Assembly (NCBI GenBank): GCA_045863295.1
Contig: BTWA01000032.1
Coordinates: 8,144-72,143 of the forward strand
Length of the DNA stretch: 64,000 bases
Reading direction: 5' to 3'
DNA from: Candidatus Hydrogenedentota bacterium
Lineage (GTDB): Bacteria; Hydrogenedentota; Hydrogenedentia; Hydrogenedentales; SLHB01
Shown: positions 28,163 to 37,900 of the stretch, one piece after another
How the letters are laid out: the number at the start of each line of letters is the position of its first letter
Numbering within the stretch: the first letter of the stretch is position 1
Translations under genes and position numbers: made by a program
The notes under the pieces: model-generated
What the model was told of the DNA's origin: nothing
Databases searched by the model: none
The model's input: only the letters and a program-made list of their open reading frames with translations

Positions 28163-30337
28163 ATGAAGCAGCATGTCTTCAAAATCCAAGGAATGGATTG
28201 CGCGGAGGAAGCGGCCTTACTGCGACGGGCTCTTTCACCGCTTCTTGAAGACGAACGAGATCTTTCGTTCGATGTACTCCACGCCAAGATGATTCTGACC
28301 GGCGATCGGTATTCCACCGAAAACGTAGTAAAAGCGGTCGCCGGAACCGGCCTCAAAGCGTTGCCCTGGCAAGATACCGCGCAGACTGCGCCCCCATCCG
28401 CTTGGTGGGGAAGGCATGGCCGCACCTTGGTGTGCGCCTTTTCGTGCATCCTGCTTGCCGTGGCGTTTGTTGCTCACGGACTTCAACAAGGATTCTATGC
28501 AGCCGTCGCGGCCGGGGAAGGAGGAGGTACCTCTTACCCATGGGCGGCGGTGGCCGCCTATGCCGCTTCCATAGTACTCAGTGCTTCGTTCTTTGCGCCC
28601 AAAGCCTGGGTGGCCGTCCGTTATATGCGTCCGGACATCAATTTGCTTGTAGTGATTGCGGCGGCAGGCGCGGTGGTCTTGAACAACTGGTTTGAAGCCG
28701 CCACCGTGTCGTTACTATTCGCGTTTGCGCTACTGCTGGAATCCTGGAGCGTGGGCCGGGCGAGACGCGCGATAACAAAACTGATGGATCTCTCGCCTGC
28801 GACGGCGCGTTACCGTTGCCCACACGACGGCGACATTTTGGAAAAACCCGTGGATCAAATCCCACTTGGAGCCAATGTTCTTGTTCGGCCGGGCGAACGC
28901 ATTCCGCTGGATGGAACCGTGATCCAAGGGTCGACTTCCGTCAATCAGGCGCCCATTACAGGCGAGTCGGTGCCGGTGTACAAACAGATAGGCGACCCGG
29001 TTTTCGCGGGGAGCGTCAACAACGAAGGCGCTTTCGAATTCCGTGTGGACAAGACCTCGAGCGATACCACACTCGCGCGAATCATTCACATGGTGGAAGA
29101 GGCGCAGTCACGGCGGGCGGTTGCCGAACAATGGGTAGAGTCGTTTGCCCGATACTACACGCCGGCCATGATGATCGTAGCGGTGGCAGTGGCGGTGTTG
29201 CCACCCATCTTGCTGTCGGCCTCGTGGTCGTACTGGTTCTACGAATCGCTTGTCGTGTTGCTGATCGCATGTCCGTGTGCGCTGGTGATATCCACGCCGG
29301 TTACCATTGTCGCGGGGTTGGCTTCGGCCGCGCGGCACGGCGTACTGATCAAGGGCGGCGCCTATTTGGAAATCCCAGCCCGCTTGCGTGCGGTCGCCTT
29401 GGACAAGACCGGTACGTTGACGTATGGGGAGCCTTCCGTGCGCCGGGTGGTTCCGTTTAACGGTCATACCGAAGCGGAGTTGCTCGAACGCGCGGCCGCG
29501 GTCGAATCGTTGAGCGAACATCCGTTGGCCCGGGCCATCGTGCGCCACGCAGACGACAACGGTATTGCTTACGAATCGGCAGGTTCGTACACGACAGTGC
29601 CGGGCAAAGGGGCAGAGGCTACTATGGATGGACGCCGCTTCTGGGTCGGCAACGAAGCCATGGCCCGTGAGTTTGGAAACAGCACGCATGCAGAAGTGAG
29701 TGTTCAGGCTGCGTTGTACGAAGAGCGGGGTAATTCCGTCGTCATGATAGGCACGGATCGGCACGTGTGTGGACTTATTGCCCTGGAAGATGCCATTCGT
29801 CCCAACACCGCGGACGCCATCCGGGTTTTGAAGCGCGACGGCATCGAACATGTCGCCATGTTAACGGGGGACAATCACGGAACGGCCGAAGCGTTGGCGA
29901 GCAAGGCCGGTGTGGATGAATTTCACGCGGAAATGCTGCCGCAGGATAAGGTCCACGCGGTGGAAGCCCTGCGCCAACGGTTTGTCCATGTTGCCATGGT
30001 CGGAGACGGCATTAACGATGCCCCGGCCATGGCGGCCTCATCTCTCGGTATCGCGATGGGAGCGGCGGGCGCCGACGCGGCAATCGAAACGGCGGATGTT
30101 GCGTTGATGGCGGATGATTTGACCAAAGTCGCCTGGCTAATCCGGCATTCCCGCCGGACCCTCCGCATCGTGCGCCAGAATGTCGTGCTTGCCCTTGGAA
30201 TCAAAGGCGTGGTCATGCTCTTGGCGATATGCGGGGTCGCGACGTTGTGGCTTGCGGTACTTTCCGATATGGGTGCGTCGCTTCTTGTCATTTTTAACGG
30301 GTTGCGCCTCCTGCGCGATCCCATCAGGTCCACATGA
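28163..30337 (+). CDS. P1B heavy-metal (Zn/Cd/Pb) translocating P-type ATPase, CadA/ZntA-like
   Basis: GMDCAEE metal-binding domain, TGES, CPC, DKTGT, SEHPL, GDGIND, TM K and DMG. Confidence 0.95.
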   Translation: MKQHVFKIQGMDCAEEAALLRRALSPLLEDERDLSFDVLHAKMILTGDRYSTENVVKAVAGTGLKALPWQDTAQTAPPSAWWGRHGRTLVCAFSCILLAVAFVAHGLQQGFYAAVAAGEGGGTSYPWAAVAAYAASIVLSASFFAPKAWVAVRYMRPDINLLVVIAAAGAVVLNNWFEAATVSLLFAFALLLESWSVGRARRAITKLMDLSPATARYRCPHDGDILEKPVDQIPLGANVLVRPGERIPLDGTVIQGSTSVNQAPITGESVPVYKQIGDPVFAGSVNNEGAFEFRVDKTSSDTTLARIIHMVEEAQSRRAVAEQWVESFARYYTPAMMIVAVAVAVLPPILLSASWSYWFYESLVVLLIACPCALVISTPVTIVAGLASAARHGVLIKGGAYLEIPARLRAVALDKTGTLTYGEPSVRRVVPFNGHTEAELLERAAAVESLSEHPLARAIVRHADDNGIAYESAGSYTTVPGKGAEATMDGRRFWVGNEAMAREFGNSTHAEVSVQAALYEERGNSVVMIGTDRHVCGLIALEDAIRPNTADAIRVLKRDGIEHVAMLTGDNHGTAEALASKAGVDEFHAEMLPQDKVHAVEALRQRFVHVAMVGDGINDAPAMAASSLGIAMGAAGADAAIETADVALMADDLTKVAWLIRHSRRTLRIVRQNVVLALGIKGVVMLLAICGVATLWLAVLSDMGASLLVIFNGLRLLRDPIRST

Positions 30338-31395
30338 CGGCGCACGAAAAATCACATCAAAAAGGTGTCCGCGCGTACACCGCAAGCTCGCGAACTGCAA
30401 TCGCCGACCGACTCGCCGCGACGCCTTTCGTGCCGGCCTGGTGGCTTCCCGGCGGCCATCTGCAAACGGCCTGGGGGCCTCTGTGCAGGCAGAATCCACG
30501 CAATCCCATGAGAAAGGAGATTTGGACTACACCGGACGATGATGAACTCAACGTATATTTCCGCGACGGTGCTTCCGGCAGGCCTATTGTTCTTCTTTTG
30601 CATGGTCTGGAAGGCTCCGTCCAATCCAAATATGTTCAGGGGCTTGTGCGTTCGTTTAGCCGGTTGGCATGGACCACGGTGGTTATGGAATACCGGACGT
30701 GCGACGGCGTAATGAATCGTGCGCAACGAATGTATCACGCAGGCGAGACCAGCGATCTGGCGTTCGTTATGGAGAATACCCTGCGGCGTTTTCCCGGCTC
30801 CGCGTTGTTTCTTTGCGGCATATCCCTTGGCGGCAATATATCCGCGAAGTGGCTTGGCGAACAGGGAGACACTGTGCCGCCTGCCTTGCTTGGGGCGGCC
30901 ATGATATCCGCGCCCTATGACTTGGCCCGTTGCGCCGAACACATCGACAGCGTCAGGGACGGCGTATACGCCCGGTGGTTTCTCAAGTCGCTTATTCCGA
31001 AGGCCATTGCCAAAGCGGAACGAGTCCCGGGTGTAATGGACGTGGAAAAGATCCGCAACGCCCGCACATTCTGGGAATACGATACCTACGCCACGGCCGC
31101 CCTGCACGGGTTTGAGAGCGCGGAAGATTATTGGGCTCGCAGCAGTTGCGGCCAGTTTCTGCCGTCAATTCGCGTCCCTTCGATGTTTGTCAGCGCCGAA
31201 GACGATCCGTTTACTCCCGGCGCGTTGATCCCCAAGCGCGAAATGGAGCAACTGCCCTTTCTTTATCCACAGATAACGGCTCACGGGGGTCATGTCGGCT
31301 TCGTCTCGGGCGCAGCACCGTTTACCGCGCGGTATTGGGTGGAACATCAAGTCCCCGCGTTTTTTGACGCGCTCGCACAATTGAATGGCGCCTGA
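30334..31395 (+). CDS. YheT-family alpha/beta hydrolase
   Basis: GGHLQT, HGLEGS, GISLGG, EDDPF, GGHVGF. Confidence 0.9.
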   Translation: MTAHEKSHQKGVRAYTASSRTAIADRLAATPFVPAWWLPGGHLQTAWGPLCRQNPRNPMRKEIWTTPDDDELNVYFRDGASGRPIVLLLHGLEGSVQSKYVQGLVRSFSRLAWTTVVMEYRTCDGVMNRAQRMYHAGETSDLAFVMENTLRRFPGSALFLCGISLGGNISAKWLGEQGDTVPPALLGAAMISAPYDLARCAEHIDSVRDGVYARWFLKSLIPKAIAKAERVPGVMDVEKIRNARTFWEYDTYATAALHGFESAEDYWARSSCGQFLPSIRVPSMFVSAEDDPFTPGALIPKREMEQLPFLYPQITAHGGHVGFVSGAAPFTARYWVEHQVPAFFDALAQLNGA

Positions 31396-31547
31396 ATTAT
31401 CACGCGCGCGGGTTGCGCCGCGAGTGTGGGAATGACTACCCTTTCCCGCACTTCGGTGAGCGCGTGGCGCTCATGGGCGGAAACGCACCTTGGGAATGAA
31501 GACTGGAATCGACCGGCGCGCAATCACGGTGGCCGGACGGAGCGAAC

Positions 31548-32372
31548 ATGGCCAATGTTTTTCGGAGAATTCAGCGCCGCATTCTCATACGGCTTGTGCG
31601 GCTTGTCCAGAAGAGTCTGATTCGGTATCAATACGGCATGATCAGCAAATTGCCGATCAACGATAACGAACTGCTGTTCTTGAATTACGGTTATTTGGAC
31701 GGCGAAACCGGTGCGCTGACGTTGAACCCGGAGGAAGAACCGTTTCGAACATCCATTCACCTGTACCACCGCACAGCGGCCCTGGGATCCCCGCAAGACA
31801 AAGACGTGCTCGAAGTCGGTTGCGGCCGCGGCGGCGGATCGGCGCATATCATGCGCGCGTTCCAGCCGCGGAGCATGACCGCCATTGATCTCTGTGCCTC
31901 GGGCATCGACTTTTGCCGGCGGCACTTCGCATCCAGTGGCGTGCGGTATCTTACCGGTGACGCGGAGTCAATTCCGCTTCCCGACGCGGCATTTGATCTC
32001 GTGATAAACGTCGAGTCTTCCCATTGCTATCCCAAACTCGATCGTTTTCTGGCCGAAGTGCATCGGGTTCTCCGGCCCGGCGGACTCTTCTGCTATACCG
32101 ACTTTCGCGCAAGAGACCAGATGAACGGATGGCGTGCCGCGCTGGCGGCATCGGGTCTGGAGATGATCCAAGAAGAGGACATCACCGCCCCCGTCGTTGC
32201 GGCCTTGGCGAGTGATAACGAGCGCAAATTGGGGCTTATCGAAACGAAAGTTCCTTTACGAATGCGCGACTATTTTGCCAAGTTTGCGGCCATTGAAGGC
32301 GCGCCGTTGAACACGGCATTCAAAAACGGCACGGCCCAGTATTGGGTGTTCGTTATGCGCAAATCACGATAG
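31548..32372 (+). CDS. Class I SAM methyltransferase (resembles mycobacterial fatty-acid O-methyltransferases)
   Basis: FLNYGY, VLEVGCGRGGG, VINVESSHCY, RVLRPGG. Confidence 0.88.
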   Translation: MANVFRRIQRRILIRLVRLVQKSLIRYQYGMISKLPINDNELLFLNYGYLDGETGALTLNPEEEPFRTSIHLYHRTAALGSPQDKDVLEVGCGRGGGSAHIMRAFQPRSMTAIDLCASGIDFCRRHFASSGVRYLTGDAESIPLPDAAFDLVINVESSHCYPKLDRFLAEVHRVLRPGGLFCYTDFRARDQMNGWRAALAASGLEMIQEEDITAPVVAALASDNERKLGLIETKVPLRMRDYFAKFAAIEGAPLNTAFKNGTAQYWVFVMRKSR

Positions 32373-32900
32373 AGTTTCGCTTGCGAGTCGAATTTTCTCA
32401 CGTTCCGCAATCAACTCGTCGCAGGCTGACCGATTCGCAGGTTCCATGACATCGAATCCGATTAACTCCCAGCGCGGATCGTCCGGATTCAGTCCCAGGA
32501 ACTCGATATAACCGCGATCCGCAATAAAGCACTGTCCCAAAGCCGGCAACAGATAGCCGCCGGATTCCGCCAAATAGTCGCGCGCTTCGTCATGATTGCG
32601 GCACCAATTGTGCCAGTAGGCGCTGGAATTGGGCGGACTCCACAGAGTGTCCGCCGCATCCTTCAATTTCTTCCAATTGAGGTATCCGTGCTCCCGTGCA
32701 ATCACGTCAAGCGCATGTTTGTGCTGGACCAGGTGCCGTTCGCGTATGACGGCTTCGAGCGGCATTCCCTTAAACGGTTGAATGCGTTGAAACCGCATGG
32801 CCGCGGCTTCGACTTGCGCGATCGTTGCGCCGTGCAGGTCCTTGACGAGGAGTTCGGCTGCATTCTTGCATTTGTCTACGGATGGGATTGGGCGTGACAC
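32364..32900 (-). CDS. Hypothetical protein with an 'IAREHGYxxWxxLK' helical N-terminal module
   Basis: GTG start 8 nt after an AAAGGAA RBS. ALDVIAREHGYLNWKKLK motif, then WHNWC...YLLP...CFI...GLNPDDPRW. Confidence 0.75.
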   Translation of the reverse strand: MSRPIPSVDKCKNAAELLVKDLHGATIAQVEAAAMRFQRIQPFKGMPLEAVIRERHLVQHKHALDVIAREHGYLNWKKLKDAADTLWSPPNSSAYWHNWCRNHDEARDYLAESGGYLLPALGQCFIADRGYIEFLGLNPDDPRWELIGFDVMEPANRSACDELIAEREKIRLASETLS

Positions 32901-32904
32901 GGGA

Positions 32905-33056
32905 TGCGTTCCTTTGTATTGCGTGGACTTGAATCCGCTTGAGTCCACAAAGGAAGACACTTATTAAAGACTACGGGTATCGGGGAGTGGTACGACCTTT
33001 CGCGGATGAGGCGCCTCCCGGCACCTGACCTGTGAATAGTACCGCATCGTAGCCCA
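32905..33056 (-). ncRNA. Candidate multi-stem cis-regulatory RNA with an SD-sequestering hairpin, family not recognised
   Basis: Stems GGGCUACG/CGUAGUCU, GGUAC/GUACC, AGGUGCC-GGGA-GGCGCCU, and UUCCUUU-GUGGACU...AGUCCAC-AAAGGAA covering the RBS. Confidence 0.65.
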
Positions 33057-33084
33057 CACACTCAACTCAATCGTTCAAGAGGGT

Positions 33085-34551
33085 TCAGCGACGACGGGAT
33101 ATCGTTTCGTACGCGGCAAGGGCCAGTTTGCGCGCTTCAGCGTGATCGACAACGGGGGCCGGATAGGTATTGCCAAGCGCGACACCGGCAGACGCCAGCT
33201 CGATAGGGGAAGCCTCCCAAGGCTTGTGAATCAAGCCGTCGGGCAGGCTGCAAAGTTCAGGCACCCACCGGCGAACGTATTCGCCTCGGGGATCAAACTT
33301 CTCGCCCTGGCTGACCGGGTTAAACACGCGAAAGTAGGGCGCGGCATCGGCCCCGCATCCCGCCGTCCACTGCCATCCCTGCGTGTTGCTAGCCAAATCG
33401 GCGTCCACCAAGGTGTCCCAGAACCAGACAGCGCCGTCGTGCCACGATATCAGCAGATCCTTGGTCAGGAATGAGGCGACAATCATGCGCACGCGATTGT
33501 GCATCCAGCCCGTAGTCCAGAGTTCCCTCATTCCTGCGTCCACAATTGGATATCCGGTAAGGCCTCGCTGCCAGGCTTTGAGTGCGTGTTCATCTGCTTG
33601 CCACGGAAACGCGCGAAAGGCATCACGAAGAGGCTCCCTGGGCAGCGTTGGAAAGTGATACAGCAAGTGGTATGAGAATTCACGCCATCCGATTTCGGCG
33701 AGGAATTTTTGTGCCGCATCGCTCGTGTCCCGGTCGCGTTCTGCGGCCATGCGGTCATGGGTCGCATGCCATATCTGCCGAGGACTGATTTCGCCGAAAT
33801 GAAGATGGGGAGACAATCGAGACGTTCCGGGCTGACTTGGCGTATCGCGGCGCAAGCTGTAGTCACCAATGTTTTCGTCCAGAAATGTTTCCAGACGATC
33901 CATAGCAGCTACTTCGCCAAATCGCCATGCTGAAGCAATGCCCTTGGCCCACGGAATGCGCGGTTCCAGTTTCAGATTGCCGAGTGCGAGCGATCGAGGC
34001 CACGTTGAGGGCGTTCTCAAAGAATTGGGCGCGGCCAGTGGATCAGCGGGTTCCGCCGTTCCCAGACAGGTACGCCAGTACGGCGTGAATACTTGATAGG
34101 GGCGCCCTTCCTTCGTCTGAACTTCCCAGGGTTCGAACAACAAGGATGCGTTAAAGGTGCGGCAATCGATGCCCAGTTCTGTCAGACGATGTTCGACACT
34201 GCGATCGCGCGCCAATACCTGCGGCTCGTACCGCCGATTCCAGAATACCACCGTGCCCCGTGATTCGTGGGCAATCTCGCTCAAGGCAGTCGCGGCCGGA
34301 CCTTTCCGAATGATTAAACGGCTGCCACGTTTCTCCAGGGATTGACCCAGCGATTCGAGTGACTGATGCAACCAGTAACGGCTGGCTCCGCCGGGCGCCC
34401 ACGGGTATTCCTCTTCCGGACACCAGATGTAGACGGGTAAAACCGGGAGGCCGGTGCGTATGGCTGCGTCTAGTGCCGGATTATCCGCAAGTCTTAAGTC
34501 CTGCCGAAACCAAACGATAGCGGCGGCGTCTATATCCCGCTGTTTTGCCAA
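33085..34551 (-). CDS. phrB: Deoxyribodipyrimidine (CPD) photolyase
   Basis: WFRQDLRLADNPAL, TSRLSPHLHFGEIS, WREF, TGYPIVDAGMREL, MHNRVRM, PYFRVFNP. TTG start after AAGGAG. Confidence 0.95.
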   Translation of the reverse strand: MAKQRDIDAAAIVWFRQDLRLADNPALDAAIRTGLPVLPVYIWCPEEEYPWAPGGASRYWLHQSLESLGQSLEKRGSRLIIRKGPAATALSEIAHESRGTVVFWNRRYEPQVLARDRSVEHRLTELGIDCRTFNASLLFEPWEVQTKEGRPYQVFTPYWRTCLGTAEPADPLAAPNSLRTPSTWPRSLALGNLKLEPRIPWAKGIASAWRFGEVAAMDRLETFLDENIGDYSLRRDTPSQPGTSRLSPHLHFGEISPRQIWHATHDRMAAERDRDTSDAAQKFLAEIGWREFSYHLLYHFPTLPREPLRDAFRAFPWQADEHALKAWQRGLTGYPIVDAGMRELWTTGWMHNRVRMIVASFLTKDLLISWHDGAVWFWDTLVDADLASNTQGWQWTAGCGADAAPYFRVFNPVSQGEKFDPRGEYVRRWVPELCSLPDGLIHKPWEASPIELASAGVALGNTYPAPVVDHAEARKLALAAYETISRRR

Positions 34552-34953
34552 AATCACTCCTTTACCCCGATTGTATTCACGGTCAAGGACATTTCCTGTC
34601 ATGGTGCGCGTTGTCACTTTACTAACTAATTTTGCCTGTTCGTTACAATGATTGAAGCGATATCACGACTGTGTGTACGACGAATCACACTGAACGTGGT
34701 TATTACCTTGCGGAATATTGACCCATACTGTCACAATGCCAGCCAACGTATCCTTTCAAATCGGGGATTGTGGGGGTATGCGCCGAGGCAACGTGCGGAT
34801 TCTGGGTGTCATGCTCTCCATTGGCCCGGGAGTCTGCCTGAACTCGCCGGAAACAAATCGGCTAGCTTTCATCCCCGGGGGTGGACGGAAGCGGCTACTG
34901 ATAGTGTTCAGAATCTTCCGAATGCAATCACGCCGCGACGGGAACTGATCTCG

Positions 34954-37900
34954 ATGCTGGTTTTGAATCTCATACAGAATGTCGCCTTGCTGGTCACGCT
35001 CGTTGTCGTCCATCCACTTCTGGCCCGGCGCTTTCGCATACGGTATCCATGGTTTCACATACTTTCCGGTTTGCTTTTTGGCGGCGTCTGCGTGATCGGC
35101 ATGATGGCGCCCGTGCAAATCGCACCGGGCGTCATATTTGACGGACGTTCCATCGTACTGAGCGTGGCAGGATTGTTTGGCGGCCCCATCGTTGCGTTGG
35201 TTGCCGCGATTGTCAGTGGCTCATATCGTCTGTACATTGGCGGCAGCGGCGCTATTCCCGGCATCGTGGTCATCGTGGAAGCAACCACGATAGGTCTCGC
35301 GTTTAACTACCTGGGCCGACGTGACTCGAAATTCATGTCTCTGTTTTGGTTTTGGGTGTTGGGTCTTGTCGTGCATGCGGCCATGATCTTTACATTGTTG
35401 CTGATGCTGGGCGACCAGCTTGGACCGAACCCAATCCTGAATCTCGGCGCACCCATCCTCGTTCTCTATCCGATCGCAACCATGGTTATTTGCCGGATTC
35501 TCCAGGATTACGAGGAGCGCCTGGAGATTGAGGAAAACCTCAAACAAAGTCAGGAAAAGTACCGCATTCTTGTGGAAAATGCCGCCGAGGGCATCGTGGT
35601 CGTTCAGGACGCCCACATCGTATTTGCGAACGCCGCGTTGGCGACCATTGTTGGTTACACGCAGGATGAACTGCTTGTCAGGCCATTCGTCGATTTTGCA
35701 CACCCCGATGATCGCCGGATGCTGATCGAGCGGCATCAGCTCCGGCTGGAAGGAAAAGAATTTCCCTCAATAGGCGAGTTGCGAGTCATTCACAAGTCAG
35801 GGGCTGTACGCTGGGTCGAGTTGAACGCGGTTCGAATTGAATGGAATTCACGGGTCGCCGTGCTCAACTTCATCACTGATATTACCAACCGGAAGAGCGC
35901 GGAAAAGGCGCTTGCCGAGAGCGGCATTCGCTACAAGTCGGTAGTCGACGCATTGGGCAGTGCTGTTCTGGTCCACGCTTCCGATGGAACCATCATCGAG
36001 TGCAACGCCGCCGCGGAACAGGTACTCGGCATCTCACGAGGTCAAATCTTGGGGTCTGGCCCGCAGACCTCGGAATGGCCGGCCATATTTGAAGACGGTT
36101 CTCCATTTCCCGTGGAAGAATATCCCGTCGTAATCACCCAGCGCACAGGCATTGCGCAGCACGGCGTCGTTATGGGGTTGACCCGGCCCGACGGCAAACA
36201 GATTTGGATCATCATCAATACAGTTCCCTTGTCAGGGCCCAACAGGGACAAACCATTCGCCGTGGTTTCCAGCCTTGTCGACATTACCGAGTTAAAACGT
36301 TTATCGGAAGCGCTCGCTCGGAGCAACGACGAACTGGAATTTATGATCCAGGCATTGCCCGACCTGCTGTTCCATATGTCCGGCGACGGTACAATTAAGG
36401 ATTTCCGCGCGCAAGACCCTGCGACGCTTTATCTTCCGCCGGACGAATTTATCGGGCGAAAGCTGCAAGATGTCCTGCCACCGGATGCCGCCAAAGCGAT
36501 CTCCGAAGGTCTTGCGGAATTGTACCGAGGCGACAAGATTGTCTCCGTAACGTACAAGTTGCCCATGCCCAACGGCGACCACTGGTTTGAAGCCCGTTTC
36601 AACACGCTTTCGAGTTCCGACGAAGTAGTCGCCCTCGTTCGTAACATTACCGATCGCAAGCGTGTTGAGGATGCGCTGCTGGAAAACCAGGCGTATCTCG
36701 CCGCATTCATTAAACATGCGCCGGCGGCGGTGGCCATGATGGATACGGAATTGCGCTATATCGCCTGTTCCGCCCGCTGGATGTCGGACTATGGGATCGA
36801 AGGCCGGGATATCGTGGGTATTTCACATTACGAAGTTTTTCCAGAGATTCCTGCACGGTGGAAGGAAATCCACCGACGTTGCCTCCAGGGGTCCATCGAG
36901 CGTTGCGAAGAAGATCCGTTCGCACGAAGTGACGGAACTATTCAGTGGCTGAGTTGGGAAGTACATCCCTGGTATACAATCGATGGCCGTATCGGCGGAT
37001 TGATGATGTTCACGCAAGACATCACGCAAAGCCGCCAGGCCGATGAACGGCTCCGGCATGAAAGAGAACGTTTCGCGGCGATTATCGAGGCCACCAACAT
37101 TGGCACGTGGGAATGGAACGTTCAGACGGGCGATGCGATATTCAATGAACGGTGGGCCACCATTGGGGGATATACGCTGGAGGAATTGGCTCCTCACAGC
37201 ATCCAAACCTGGATTGATCTCGCGCATCCCGATGACCTTGCCCATTCCATTGATCTTATTTCGAAGCACTTCAGCGGGGAGATCCCGTACTACGATTGCG
37301 AATGCAGGATGCGGCACAAAGACGGATCCTGGGTGTGGGTCCACGACCGGGGCAAAGTTACGGAGTGGGGTAGCGACGGTTCTCCGCACGTTATGGCCGG
37401 CACGCATACCGACATAACCGGGCGAAAGCAGGCCGACGAGGCACTGAGAGAACTCACGGAACGGTTCAAGAAAATCGCGGCACAGGTTCCGGGAGTCGTG
37501 TATCAATACAAACTCAGGCAGGACGGGACTTCGTGTTTTCCCTATGCGAGCGAAGGAATCCGTTCCATTTATCGCGTCGATCCCGACGACGTCCGGGAGG
37601 ACGCCAGTGCGGTATTCGAAGTGCTTCATCCCGAGGACTACGACGGCATTGTCGAATCCATACAGGTATCCGCCAGAAACATGACAACCTGGCGGCATGA
37701 ATACCGGGTGAAGTTTCCCGATGGCGATGTGCGCTGGTTGTACGGAAACGCCATACCGCAGGTAGACACGGACGGCGCAGTGCTATGGCACGGATTTATC
37801 TCCGATATTACCGAACAACGCCGGCTGCGAGACGAGACAGAAGCGTTGCAAGGCCAGTTGCTGCAGGCGCAGAAAATGGAGTCTGTTGGAAGGCTTGCCG

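Noticed and set aside
34648..34953. 102-aa N-terminal extension of the sensor kinase in the ORF track
   Set aside because: Not protein-like and spans the divergent promoter region. The recognisable domain starts at ATG 34954.
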